Shown: in pieces, positions 46,111-55,585 of the stretch
Position numbering within the stretch: the first letter of the stretch is position 1
Layout of the letters: each line of letters opens with the position of its first letter
Source of the DNA: Candidatus Magasanikbacteria bacterium UBA922
GTDB taxonomy: Bacteria > Patescibacteriota > Patescibacteriia > Magasanikbacterales > UBA922
Reading direction: 5' to 3'
Length of the DNA stretch: 61,383 nucleotides
Assembly (NCBI GenBank): GCA_002293825.1
Contig: DBDW01000003.1
Coordinates: 1 to 61,383, forward strand
The notes under the pieces: generated by a model
What the model was told of the DNA's origin: nothing
Seen by the model: only the letters and a program-made list of their open reading frames with translations
The model's database searches: none
Translations under genes and position numbers: made by a program

Positions 46111-47214
46111 ATGTCCTCAAAAGATTATTACAAAATATTGGGAGTAGAGAAGAGTGCGAGTGCTGAAGAGATCAAGAAAGCGTTTCGTAAGCTTGCACAT
46201 AAATATCACCCAGACAAACAAGGTGGGGATGAGGCAAAGTTCAAAGAAGTGAACGAGGCTTTTCAGGTGCTCGGAGACGAGGGTAAGCGAAAGCAATATG
46301 ATCAATTTGGTGCTGATTTTAATCAGCAAGGTGGATTTGGTGGAGGGATGAGTTGGGAAGATTTCATGCGAGCTACTCGTGGACAGGGGGCGGGAAATGG
46401 TGGTTTCAGTGGAAACTTCGGTGGATTTGATTTTGGAGATATTTTTGGCGACATGTTTGGAATGGGAGGTAATCGTGGTGGTCGTCAGCGGAGAGGTGGA
46501 GATATACAGGTCGATATTGAGCTTGATTTCAAAGAAGCCGCGTTTGGTGTGGAACGTGAGATTAAGCTTACTAAAAACAATGCCTGTGACGTGTGTGATG
46601 GATCAGGTGCTGAACCAGGGACGCGATTGAGTGAATGTGGTGAATGTAAAGGTCAGGGACAGGTGCGACGGGTACAGCAAACTATTTTAGGTGCAATGCA
46701 GTCGGTCGTAGTGTGTCCAAAGTGTAGCGGTGCTGGGAAATTTCCTGAAAAAAAATGTAAGCATTGTGGAGGAGATGGAATTGTCCGTTCTGAATCAAAA
46801 TATACGGTAAAGATTCCCGCTGGAATCTCTTCTGGTGAGGCAATTCGATTGTCTGGAAAAGGTGAGAGTGCGGGTGCAGGAGCACAACCAGGTGATCTCT
46901 ATGTACGTGTGCATGTGCGAGATCATGCAGGCTGGGAACGAGATCAGTATGATGTACATAGTGAAATCACGATTACATATCCTCAGGCTGTTCTTGGTGA
47001 TACTGTTCCTGTCGAGACACTGGATGGTGAGAAAAAGATTGCGGTTCCCGAGGGTGTCCAGCCAGGACAAGTGATTCGTCTTAAGGGTTTGGGAATTACC
47101 AGACTTCATGGGTCTGGTAGAGGAGATCATTACGTGCATGTAAAACTAGATGTTCCAAAGAAAATTTCTAAATCTGTGAAGAAATTGATCGAGGAACTCA
47201 GGAATGAGTTGTAA
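46111..47214 (+). CDS. dnaJ: Molecular chaperone DnaJ
   Basis: J-domain (DYYKILGV...HPD), a G/F region, and four CxxCxGxG zinc motifs ([32 protein letters not shown]). Confidence 0.95.
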   Translation: MSSKDYYKILGVEKSASAEEIKKAFRKLAHKYHPDKQGGDEAKFKEVNEAFQVLGDEGKRKQYDQFGADFNQQGGFGGGMSWEDFMRATRGQGAGNGGFSGNFGGFDFGDIFGDMFGMGGNRGGRQRRGGDIQVDIELDFKEAAFGVEREIKLTKNNACDVCDGSGAEPGTRLSECGECKGQGQVRRVQQTILGAMQSVVVCPKCSGAGKFPEKKCKHCGGDGIVRSESKYTVKIPAGISSGEAIRLSGKGESAGAGAQPGDLYVRVHVRDHAGWERDQYDVHSEITITYPQAVLGDTVPVETLDGEKKIAVPEGVQPGQVIRLKGLGITRLHGSGRGDHYVHVKLDVPKKISKSVKKLIEELRNEL

Positions 47215-47226
47215 GTTTTGTAGGAT

Positions 47227-47258
47227 AAAAAATCCTCCCAATTACGGGAGGATTTTTG
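47227..47258. terminator. Bidirectional intrinsic terminator
   Basis: AAAAA-ATCCTCCC-AATTAC-GGGAGGAT-TTTT. Confidence 0.85.
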
Positions 47259-47615
47259 TTATTGTTGATTGATTGCATTGACTACTGGATCGATATTGAG
47301 CATGCCATAGCTGAATACGTGTTGCTGGCCATTATCGAGTGTGAGAATTGCTTTTTTTGAGAAGAAACTTTTCTTTGCCTCGACTGATTTGATTTTTTCT
47401 TTTGGAATCACGATATAGGCTTCTGATCCTGATTTTACATAGAGTACTTCGTCTACAATGCCTTGTGCAGATACATCAAATTTTGCATCATAGATTAGGC
47501 GTTTGTTTGTCACGGTGAGTTTGCCATTGTATACACCACCTGTTGGCGGGGTGTATACGAGTGTCCATGAATTAATGATCGATTCTCCTTGTCCGAGTTC
47601 TAGTTTCATAGCCAT
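47259..47615 (-). CDS. Small PH/GRAM-like domain protein
   Basis: GKLTVTNKRLIYDAKF resembles the bacterial PH/GRAM core strand pattern. 118 aa. Confidence 0.35.
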   Translation of the reverse strand: MAMKLELGQGESIINSWTLVYTPPTGGVYNGKLTVTNKRLIYDAKFDVSAQGIVDEVLYVKSGSEAYIVIPKEKIKSVEAKKSFFSKKAILTLDNGQQHVFSYGMLNIDPVVNAINQQ

Positions 47616-47694
47616 GTGTATTAAGTGATAAATCTAGGTATATCTATTTCTAGGTATTTGAGAATATTGTATCGATCATTTTTTTGACTGTCAA

Positions 47695-48099
47695 CTAGTA
47701 CATACCATGATCGAGCACTCGATTCACTTCTGCATCAGCGTCTTTATTGTGTGCACGAAGCACATGAGAAACTCGAACACGTTTGAATTTCTGCATTTCA
47801 TTCCATGCGTCGATAAACAGTTTTTGTAGTGTGGGTTCTTTTACTTTCCAGCGTCTATTGAGTTGTTCTACTACGAGTTTACTATCTGCAACACAGTCCA
47901 CTTCATCTGCACCCAATTCGTGTGCTTTTTTCAGACCTGAAATAATTGCCATATATTCTGCATAATTGTTGGTCTGTTTGCCGAGATAATCACCGAATGC
48001 ACTTACGGTTTTCCCGTGTTCGTCTTTGATGACGACTCCGGTCGCTGCTGGTCCTGGATTTCCTCGAGCACCTCCGTCGGTATAGATGGTTAGTTTCAT
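47695..48099 (-). CDS. rnhA: Ribonuclease HI
   Basis: KLTIYTDGGARGNPGPAA, NNYAEYMA..GL, DSKLVV and N..AD match the DEDD pattern. Confidence 0.85.
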   Translation of the reverse strand: MKLTIYTDGGARGNPGPAATGVVIKDEHGKTVSAFGDYLGKQTNNYAEYMAIISGLKKAHELGADEVDCVADSKLVVEQLNRRWKVKEPTLQKLFIDAWNEMQKFKRVRVSHVLRAHNKDADAEVNRVLDHGMY

Positions 48100-48110
48100 A
48101 GGTTTTCTGA

Positions 48111-49898
48111 TTAATTCGGTTTGTGAATACCTGTCTCTGGTTTTCGTAAGTCGACAATTGTTAATTGTAATTCTCGATTACCATTCCACTCATTCACATC
48201 GATTTCAAATACTATGTCAATTGTATCACCTGGGCGTAATACGGTACACCAATTGGTCGAAGCGTTCTCACTACATAGACTCCAGCCGATGGTTTTGCGT
48301 ATTTTGTGCGTACGGTGCTTTACCATGAGACGGAGATGTTTTCCTTCTTTTCCTACGGGTTGCATTTGGTGAATGGTGACGCCACGTGCCATGTATTTTG
48401 GTTTTTCATTTGCCACACCGAATGGTTTGAATTTATCGAGAATATCGAATAATTCCCAGTTTACGTCTTCGAGATCGATTTCTGCGTCAATTTGTACTGA
48501 AGGCTCTATGTCGACATCTTTGGTCTTTTTTCTAAACGCTTCATTGAGTGCTTCTTTGAATTCTTTTAGTTTCTCTTTTGCGATGAGTGTAAAACCGCAT
48601 GCCATAGGATGGCCTCCAAATTTCAAAAAAAACTGAGGCATTTCTTGGAGTGTTTCGATCATGTTGAATCCGGGAACACTTCGACCCGATGCTACGACGA
48701 CACCTTCATTTTCAGCACAAACAATGGTAGGTTTGTGATATTTTTCTTTGAGTCTGCTTGCGATAAGTCCTACGAGTCCTGGTGCCCAACCATGTCCACA
48801 GACGACGATGACAGGGCTGTCCATATCTTCTTCTGCTTTTTTGATACTTTCTTTGACGAGTTCATCCGTAAGTTTTTGTCGGTCTTTGTTATTGGTATTT
48901 AGTTCAAAAGCTAGGTCAATTGCATCTGTACCCTTGTCTGCAATCATGAGATGAAAAGCAGTGTTTGCGTGGTTCATTCTTCCCGCAGCATTGATTCGTG
49001 GGGCGATTTGAAATCCAATTGTTTCGGTTGTGATTTCTCGTTTTTTACCTTCACCTTCTTCTATAAAACGAGCCTCGAGAAGGAGTTTTTGTAGACCCAG
49101 TCTACGAGTGTGGTTCAATACGATTAGACCATATTTGGTCAGGGTGCGTGATTCTCCAATTAGTGGTACCATGTCGGCTACGCTTGCGATAGCGACCATA
49201 TCAAGTAGCCATTTTTCGTGCGACTCATGTGTTTTTCCATTTGGAAGAGTGGGGTGTTTTTCTTTGTGTGTTCGCATGATACCTTGCACCAATTTGAATG
49301 CTACTCCTCCTCCTGCGAGGTTTTTGTCGGGATATTGTTCTCCTGGTACACGAGGATGAATGATGGCGTATGCTTGTGGAGGTGTCTCGGGAACTGCGTG
49401 ATGATCGGTAATGATGACGTCGATTCCAGCTTCCTGTAGTCTTTGTACTTCTGCTACATTACTCACACCACAGTCACAGGTAATGAGTAGTTGTACGTTG
49501 TTTTTTATGAGTGTCTCTGCAGTATTCATGTTGAGACCATACCCATCGAGTTCGCGGTGGGGGATAAATACGTCTGTTTTAGTGGACCCAAGTGCTCGTA
49601 GGGTAGATACTAAAATTACTGACGCTGACACACCGTCTGCATCATAGTCACCGTGAACAATTATAGATTCCTGATTTTCTATTGCTCGTAAAATTCGTTC
49701 TATTGCACGATTCATGTCTCGAAAGAGGAATGGGTCATAAATGTCTCTTTCATAGTCAGGATTGAGAAATTCATCGATCTGTTGCTGCGTTCTCATGTTT
49801 CGGTGATACAGTAACCGTGCGACAATGGGAGGTAGTTCGGGGTGCTCTTCCATGAATTGTAGTGGAGGATCAGGTAGTACTACCCATTTTTTTTGCAT
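48111..49898 (-). CDS. recJ: Single-stranded-DNA-specific exonuclease RecJ
   Basis: HGDYDADGVSA, the DHH motif (ITDHHAV) and DHHA1 (GGHPMACGF). Confidence 0.92.
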   Translation of the reverse strand: MQKKWVVLPDPPLQFMEEHPELPPIVARLLYHRNMRTQQQIDEFLNPDYERDIYDPFLFRDMNRAIERILRAIENQESIIVHGDYDADGVSASVILVSTLRALGSTKTDVFIPHRELDGYGLNMNTAETLIKNNVQLLITCDCGVSNVAEVQRLQEAGIDVIITDHHAVPETPPQAYAIIHPRVPGEQYPDKNLAGGGVAFKLVQGIMRTHKEKHPTLPNGKTHESHEKWLLDMVAIASVADMVPLIGESRTLTKYGLIVLNHTRRLGLQKLLLEARFIEEGEGKKREITTETIGFQIAPRINAAGRMNHANTAFHLMIADKGTDAIDLAFELNTNNKDRQKLTDELVKESIKKAEEDMDSPVIVVCGHGWAPGLVGLIASRLKEKYHKPTIVCAENEGVVVASGRSVPGFNMIETLQEMPQFFLKFGGHPMACGFTLIAKEKLKEFKEALNEAFRKKTKDVDIEPSVQIDAEIDLEDVNWELFDILDKFKPFGVANEKPKYMARGVTIHQMQPVGKEGKHLRLMVKHRTHKIRKTIGWSLCSENASTNWCTVLRPGDTIDIVFEIDVNEWNGNRELQLTIVDLRKPETGIHKPN

Positions 49899-50022
49899 AT
49901 ACAATAAATAACAACACTTCACATGTCATCCCTGCGAACGCAGAGAGTGTACTTTTTGTGTTTCTAGATTTTCGTTTCCCAATGATGTTGAGGATATGTT
50001 TCGCAGGAACAAGTGCCATGGT

Positions 50023-50124
50023 TTAGTAGTAGAACGCTGGCATTACTGTAAAGAAGAGCATGGCAAATACGGCAATGACACTGATGATCGTCCAGAGTAT
50101 TTTCATTTTTTTACTTCCGTACAT
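50023..50124 (-). CDS. Small hydrophobic peptide (33 aa) between lepA and recJ, not in the ORF track
   Basis: The minus-strand ORF reads MYGSKKMKILWTIISVIAVFAMLFFTVMPAFYY*, with one TM. An alternative start is at 50106. It lies in an otherwise unexplained 285-nt gap in a co-directional gene string. Confidence 0.35.
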   Translation of the reverse strand: MYGSKKMKILWTIISVIAVFAMLFFTVMPAFYY

Positions 50125-50207
50125 ATATATTGATTTAGACTAATTAAAATTGATTGCGTAGATGTTACACATATCCGATACATCTCGAAGTATCTGTGGG
50201 GTCACTG

Positions 50208-51992
50208 TTAGCGTTTCAGTACAGCGAGATATGCATCGGTCGGAATATTCACTTTTCCCTTACTCATACTCAACATTTTTTTCTTTCCCTTCTTTTGTCG
50301 GTCGAGCAGTTTGTTTTTTCGAGTTACATCACCACCGTATAGTTTTGCGGTAACATCTTTTCGAAGTGCTGAAATGCGTTCGCTTGCAACAATTTTTCCT
50401 CCGATTGCAGCTTGAATTTTGATTACAAATTGTTCACGATCGAGGGTGTCTTTGAGTACCTCGACAATTCTTTTTCCTGCTCGATGTGCATCATCTTCCC
50501 ACACGAGTGTAGCAAGTTCTTCCACGATCTCATCTGCGATGAGAATATCGAGTTTTACCACGTTTGCTTTTCGATATTCTTTGTAGTCGTAATTGAGACT
50601 TGCGTATCCGCTCGAAACAGATTTTAGTTTATCATAAAAGTCAGTGATAAGCGATGCGAGAGGCATGTCATAGTGGAGCATGGCACGAGTCCCTGCGCCT
50701 GTGCTCAAATATTCGGTATTTTTGTATATTCCTTTGCGCTCTGCAATAAGCCCCATGATATTTCCAATATATTCTTGTGGGGTGATAATGTCGACAGTCA
50801 TCCACGGCTCTTCGATGTGTTCTATTTTTTGGACTTCGGGCAAGTCTTGGGGACTTTTGATGATAAGACTTTCACCATTTGTCTTGAATACATGATATGC
50901 AACACTTGGAATGGTGGCGATGATCGATAATCCGAATTCACGCTTGAGGCGCTCCTGAAAAATTTCGAGATGAAGCATTCCGAGGAGTCCGCATCTGAAT
51001 CCAAATCCTAATGCTTGCGAATGTTCGGGTTCATAATATAGTGCTGAATCACTGAGTTTGAGCTTGTCTACTGCCTCACGAAGTATTTTGTAATCATCTC
51101 CTTCGCGTGGAAAAATACCTGCGAATACCATTGGTTTTACTTCTTTGTATCCGGGCAATGCTTCGGTTGCAGAAAATTTTCCGTGTGTAATGGTGTCACC
51201 TACGCGCACTTCGCCCAATTCTTTCACTCCACTTGTGATGTATCCGATTTGTCCGTTTTCGAGTATACCGTCTGAGGTCATCTGTGGTGCGTAGTGTCCG
51301 ATATCGAGCACTTCTCCTTCGGCGAGTGTACCCATGAATTGTATCGGATCACCTTTTTTCAACTCTCCGTCTTTCATACGGATCGCAGCTACGATTCCAC
51401 GATAGTCGTCGTAGAATGAATCGAAAATCAGGGCACGTGGAGGCTGTTCTTTTGTTTCTTTTGGTGGGGGGATACGTGTGATTACTTCATCGAGTAGTTC
51501 TGGTACACCTACACCAGTTTTTCCAGAACAGGTAAGAATTTCTTCACGTGTACAGCCGAGTAGATGAATAATTTCCGCTGCAACCTTGTCTGGGTCAGCG
51601 TTTGGTAAATCAATTTTATTCATCACTGGAATAATAGTGAGGTTTTGATCAATTGCTAAATATAAGTTTGCAATTGTTTGAGCTTGCACACCCTGGCTTG
51701 CGTCAACGAGGAGTATTGCTCCTTCGACTGCAGCAAGAGATCGAGATACTTCGTAGGTGAAATCTACGTGGCCTGGGGTATCAATAAGATTGAGTGTGTA
51801 GCCTTTGTATTTCATTCTTACGGGCTGGAGTTTGATCGTGATACCACGTTCTTGTTCCAATTCCATCTGATCGAGGAGTTGTGCACGCATGTTGCGTTTT
51901 TCTACGGTATTGGTAACTTCAAGCAATCGATCTGCAAGGGTCGATTTGCCGTGATCAATGTGGGCGATGATACAGAAATTCCGGGTTTGCAT
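50208..51992 (-). CDS. lepA: Elongation factor 4 (LepA)
   Basis: RNFCIIAHIDHGKSTLADRLL, DTPGHVDF, NKID and the LepA C-terminal domain. Confidence 0.96.
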   Translation of the reverse strand: MQTRNFCIIAHIDHGKSTLADRLLEVTNTVEKRNMRAQLLDQMELEQERGITIKLQPVRMKYKGYTLNLIDTPGHVDFTYEVSRSLAAVEGAILLVDASQGVQAQTIANLYLAIDQNLTIIPVMNKIDLPNADPDKVAAEIIHLLGCTREEILTCSGKTGVGVPELLDEVITRIPPPKETKEQPPRALIFDSFYDDYRGIVAAIRMKDGELKKGDPIQFMGTLAEGEVLDIGHYAPQMTSDGILENGQIGYITSGVKELGEVRVGDTITHGKFSATEALPGYKEVKPMVFAGIFPREGDDYKILREAVDKLKLSDSALYYEPEHSQALGFGFRCGLLGMLHLEIFQERLKREFGLSIIATIPSVAYHVFKTNGESLIIKSPQDLPEVQKIEHIEEPWMTVDIITPQEYIGNIMGLIAERKGIYKNTEYLSTGAGTRAMLHYDMPLASLITDFYDKLKSVSSGYASLNYDYKEYRKANVVKLDILIADEIVEELATLVWEDDAHRAGKRIVEVLKDTLDREQFVIKIQAAIGGKIVASERISALRKDVTAKLYGGDVTRKNKLLDRQKKGKKKMLSMSKGKVNIPTDAYLAVLKR

Positions 51993-52145
51993 AATTCGGG
52001 CTTCAAAGGTCTAAAATGCGTATAATACTTATTTAGCTTAATAGAGCTAAATTTTTGTTATTTTTTCTAGACTTATAGTAGCGAATTCTTATAGAAAAAG
52101 CAAGGATTGACAAAATGGTGTAGGGTTTTTGTTTAGGACTAATTA

Positions 52146-53756
52146 TTATTTTTCTACACTACCGATTTCTACGTCAGCAGATTTGAGTTTGAACCATTTT
52201 CGTTTGAAACTTTCCATAAAGATTTCCATTTCTTCCACACGGAGGAGGTGGCAGATGAATCCGTAGATTAGAATGCCGGCTATTCCTGAAATAATTCCTT
52301 GAGTGAAAATACCGACGAAGGTGTTTATGTTTAACATATTGCCAAGCGTATATTTGAATCCCTGAATTACAATTCCCATGCCAATCACTGCAATAGATAC
52401 TTTTGCAAGTAGATTCACGATGGTCGACTCTTTGAGTGAGCCGATTGATCGGTGGAGGAGCATCCAGAGTACAGCAGTTTGTATGACTGTACTCAGTGAG
52501 TAGCCAGCGACTAATCCTACGATTCCATAGCGTGGGGTGGCCCAGATACCAGCTCCTAGATTTACGAGAGTTGAAATAATGCTCACCACAAAAGGTGTCC
52601 ATGTATTTTGTAATGCATAAAAAGAACGTGCGAGCATCGGCGTGAGAGATTGTGCAAAGATAGAGATCGAAAAGAATGCGAGACACTGTGCTGTGAGAAT
52701 GGTGTCTTTCCAATCGAATTGTCCGGTGCCGAGTACGACACGTACAATTTGTGCTCGCAAGAGGAGGATGGTGATTGCGAGAGGGATGATGAGCCACATG
52801 ATTTGGCGAGCGGTGCGTGCGATTTGCGTGCGTAGTTCCGTGATTTGAGATTTTCCTGCTAGCTCAGACAAGGTAGGGAAGATTGCTATTGCAAACGCGA
52901 TACCGACCATGCTCACTGGCACTGATTGTAGATTGTCTGCAAATGAAAATACTGATAATGATCCGGTACCAGCGGTCGACGCAAGAATGGTGATTACGAT
53001 AATATCGATTTGTTTGGTAGCCATTCCGAGCATTCGAGGAATCATGAGATGTCCGATTTTTCTTACAGATTTATTTTTCCAATGAAAATTTGGTCGATAT
53101 CGATACCCGTATTTCACTACGAGTGGTAATTGAATTGCGAGATGTAGAACTGCCCCAAGGATAACTCCGTACGAAAGACCGATTGTCCCAAAGAATGGAA
53201 CGAGGATCGTGATACCGATAATAATGCCAAGGTTATACATGATCGGTGTCATTGAATAAATGGCGAACGCTTTATACGATTGTAGTACACTCCCAAAAAT
53301 GCTCGAGAGACCGAGTATGAGGGGTGAAAAAAACATGACACGTGAGAGCTGTATGGTGAGTGCTAATTTTTCTCCAGTGAAACCAGGTACGAGCCAGCCT
53401 ACAAGTCTAGGTGTTTGCCACAGTGCGATAATTGAAACTATGATGAGGGAGAGACCGAGTGTGTTTACTACGCCGTTCACGATATTCCATGATTCTTTTT
53501 TATCTTTTTGCATTGCCTCGATAAATACAGGAATGAATCCTGCTGAGAGTGCGCCTATAATGAGGAGATTGTATACAAAATCAGGAATTTTGAATGCTGC
53601 ATAATATGCATCCATGATGGTACCTGCTCCGTATTCATGAGCCAATAATCGATCTCGAATGAGACCGATTATTTTACTCATGAGCGAGGTGGCTCCTACG
53701 AGAATCGCAGCTCCGGTGATGCTGTGTATTTTTGACGAGAAGATACGCGTAATCAC
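52146..53756 (-). CDS. murJ: Lipid II flippase MurJ (MviN family)
   Basis: 536 aa, 14 TMs. The N-terminus (LMSKIIGLIRDRLLAHEYGAG...DAYYAAFKIPDF) is typical of MurJ. Confidence 0.88.
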   Translation of the reverse strand: MITRIFSSKIHSITGAAILVGATSLMSKIIGLIRDRLLAHEYGAGTIMDAYYAAFKIPDFVYNLLIIGALSAGFIPVFIEAMQKDKKESWNIVNGVVNTLGLSLIIVSIIALWQTPRLVGWLVPGFTGEKLALTIQLSRVMFFSPLILGLSSIFGSVLQSYKAFAIYSMTPIMYNLGIIIGITILVPFFGTIGLSYGVILGAVLHLAIQLPLVVKYGYRYRPNFHWKNKSVRKIGHLMIPRMLGMATKQIDIIVITILASTAGTGSLSVFSFADNLQSVPVSMVGIAFAIAIFPTLSELAGKSQITELRTQIARTARQIMWLIIPLAITILLLRAQIVRVVLGTGQFDWKDTILTAQCLAFFSISIFAQSLTPMLARSFYALQNTWTPFVVSIISTLVNLGAGIWATPRYGIVGLVAGYSLSTVIQTAVLWMLLHRSIGSLKESTIVNLLAKVSIAVIGMGIVIQGFKYTLGNMLNINTFVGIFTQGIISGIAGILIYGFICHLLRVEEMEIFMESFKRKWFKLKSADVEIGSVEK

Positions 53757-53768
53757 ATCAAGAGTATG

Positions 53769-54686
53769 TTATAAGTAGCGTTTTTTCTTCAGGAGGTAGA
53801 TTGCGAATATGATACCTACTGCAAGTATCAAGAGAAGTCCGTGAATAAATATTGGATGATTTTGTAGGGGGAGTTGTAGATTCATTCCGTAAAAACCAGT
53901 TACTACGATGAGTGGTGTAAATGCAGCTGAGACGATGGTCAAGGCACTGATGATTTTGGTGGTGCGTTGATTGATAAGGGATTCGATCGTCCAATGGAGT
54001 CCGTCTGATGTTTCATTGTATGATTCTACGATTACCCAGAGCCGGTCGAGCAAGTCTCTAATGTCGTCGAAATAAATTGACAATGATTCATCGAGAAATG
54101 AACGTCGTGTGTGTGAGAGTGTGGAGATGATAAAGCGTTGTGGGTCGAGAATACGGCGTACTGCAAAAATATTTCGTCTGTGTTGTGCCAGCTCCTTGAT
54201 TTCATTTACTGTTTGTAATTCATCTTTGTATACTTCATTTTCAATTTCGTTTAATTCAATACCGATTTGATTGAGTGTTTTTTGTACTTCCACAAATAAT
54301 TCTTCAAGAATGTGGTAGAGTAATAATCCTGAAGTATTTGCAAACCATTCACTTCTCATTTTTCGATTGTTGACACAGCGATAGAATAAATTTTTTATTT
54401 CACGACTTTTTGATTCTTGTATGGTGATTAGGAAGCCGTCGCCTGCAAAAATGAAAATTTCATGTGCAATCATTTTTCTCGTAGATTTGATGTAGGGAAT
54501 TTGGGTGATGAGAAAAAGATAGTTTTTGTACACGTCTAATTTGGGGCTGTGGTGAGCTGTTTTGATATCTTGCAGATCGAGTGCGTGAAATTTGAATGTT
54601 TTTTTCAAATATTCGATTACCTCGTCATTGATTTTGCTAATATGGATCCAGGTGAGGGAACCATGTTTGATTTCTTTGACAGACAT
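53769..54686 (-). CDS. corA: Magnesium/cobalt transporter CorA
   Basis: GMN motif (GFYGMNL) before the last TM. ATG at 54686. Confidence 0.88.
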   Translation of the reverse strand: MSVKEIKHGSLTWIHISKINDEVIEYLKKTFKFHALDLQDIKTAHHSPKLDVYKNYLFLITQIPYIKSTRKMIAHEIFIFAGDGFLITIQESKSREIKNLFYRCVNNRKMRSEWFANTSGLLLYHILEELFVEVQKTLNQIGIELNEIENEVYKDELQTVNEIKELAQHRRNIFAVRRILDPQRFIISTLSHTRRSFLDESLSIYFDDIRDLLDRLWVIVESYNETSDGLHWTIESLINQRTTKIISALTIVSAAFTPLIVVTGFYGMNLQLPLQNHPIFIHGLLLILAVGIIFAIYLLKKKRYL

Positions 54687-54712
54687 AGTACAAAGTAAAA
54701 AAGGCAAAAGGC

Positions 54713-54734
54713 AAAAGTAAAAATTTTTACTTTT
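54713..54734 (-). terminator. AT-rich perfect palindrome downstream of the 54748-55455 gene
   Basis: AAAAGTAAAAA/TTTTTACTTTT (22 nt, one G-C pair per arm). Confidence 0.3.
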
Positions 54735-54747
54735 TTCGTCTTACTTT

Positions 54748-55455
54748 TTATTCTGTTGGCACAACCACCGTCAATGATACGTAGTCTGTACCAGGGGCAA
54801 TGTTTTCATCTACGATTCGTACCGTACCTTCAATTTTTCCAGACGACTCTCCTTTGTTGAAGAAAAATTGTGTGTGTGTTTTGTCTTTGGTTTCGGTAGT
54901 GAGTGTAAATCCAAGTTTTTCTAATCCTTTACGATAGTATTCTTCGATAAAAAGTCCCTCAGCTGTTAGACCTTGCCATTCAAGCAGGTATACGTCACGA
55001 TGATCAGTGATTGGCTCTTTTACGAATGCAAAAAATTTTTCCCAAAAACCGGCAGTGTTTCGTTGTTCTTCTGGTAGGGGAATATAGGCGTATTCTTTGT
55101 CAATAAAGATGATGAATGGAGCGATAATGAGTTTTGGGACATATCCCGCAGTCTCAATAACTCGTCCGCGCTCTCGACCCGGAGTATAGGTTATTTTTTC
55201 CACTCCGTCAAAGTCGTAAATTGTGACCGATGCTTTGAATGTGTCTGGTATTTCTTTTAGTTCTTTGGTCTGTGGTCCGATCGCAAAACGGAGAATAACC
55301 AATGAAACAATAAATGCAAGTATAAAGCATCCGCATCCTGTAACTACAAAACGACTCAGGCAAGATCTTTTTTTGCTGAGTTCTTCAATTGGCGGTTCTT
55401 TGATTTCTATTTTATCGATATCTACACGCATAATTATGCGTATTGAGTATACCAA
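54748..55455 (-). CDS. Membrane-anchored hypothetical protein (235 aa)
   Basis: Single TM (FVVTGCGCFILAFIVSLVILRF) followed by a soluble domain. No recognisable motifs. Confidence 0.5.
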   Translation of the reverse strand: MVYSIRIIMRVDIDKIEIKEPPIEELSKKRSCLSRFVVTGCGCFILAFIVSLVILRFAIGPQTKELKEIPDTFKASVTIYDFDGVEKITYTPGRERGRVIETAGYVPKLIIAPFIIFIDKEYAYIPLPEEQRNTAGFWEKFFAFVKEPITDHRDVYLLEWQGLTAEGLFIEEYYRKGLEKLGFTLTTETKDKTHTQFFFNKGESSGKIEGTVRIVDENIAPGTDYVSLTVVVPTE

Positions 55456-55523
55456 AAAAAGAGGGAAACGTATAGTGGTCGTGGGGGAGGAACTGTGATA
55501 TGATGTATTTAGCTTAAGACTGA

Positions 55524-55549
55524 AAATTCAAATTTTGAAATTTGAATTT
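55524..55549. promoter_or_regulatory. Perfect 12-bp inverted repeat with a 2-nt spacer in a divergent intergenic region (operator candidate)
   Basis: AAATTCAAATTT-TG-AAATTTGAATTT, 37 nt upstream of the ATG at 55586. Confidence 0.35.
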
Positions 55550-55585
55550 AGATGTAAAATTTAGTTATTGTTTTGAGTTTTAACT

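Noticed and set aside
52104-52112. Plus-strand TTGACA in the murJ-lepA spacer as a promoter
   Set aside because: There is no plus-strand gene downstream and no acceptable -10 at 16-18 nt.
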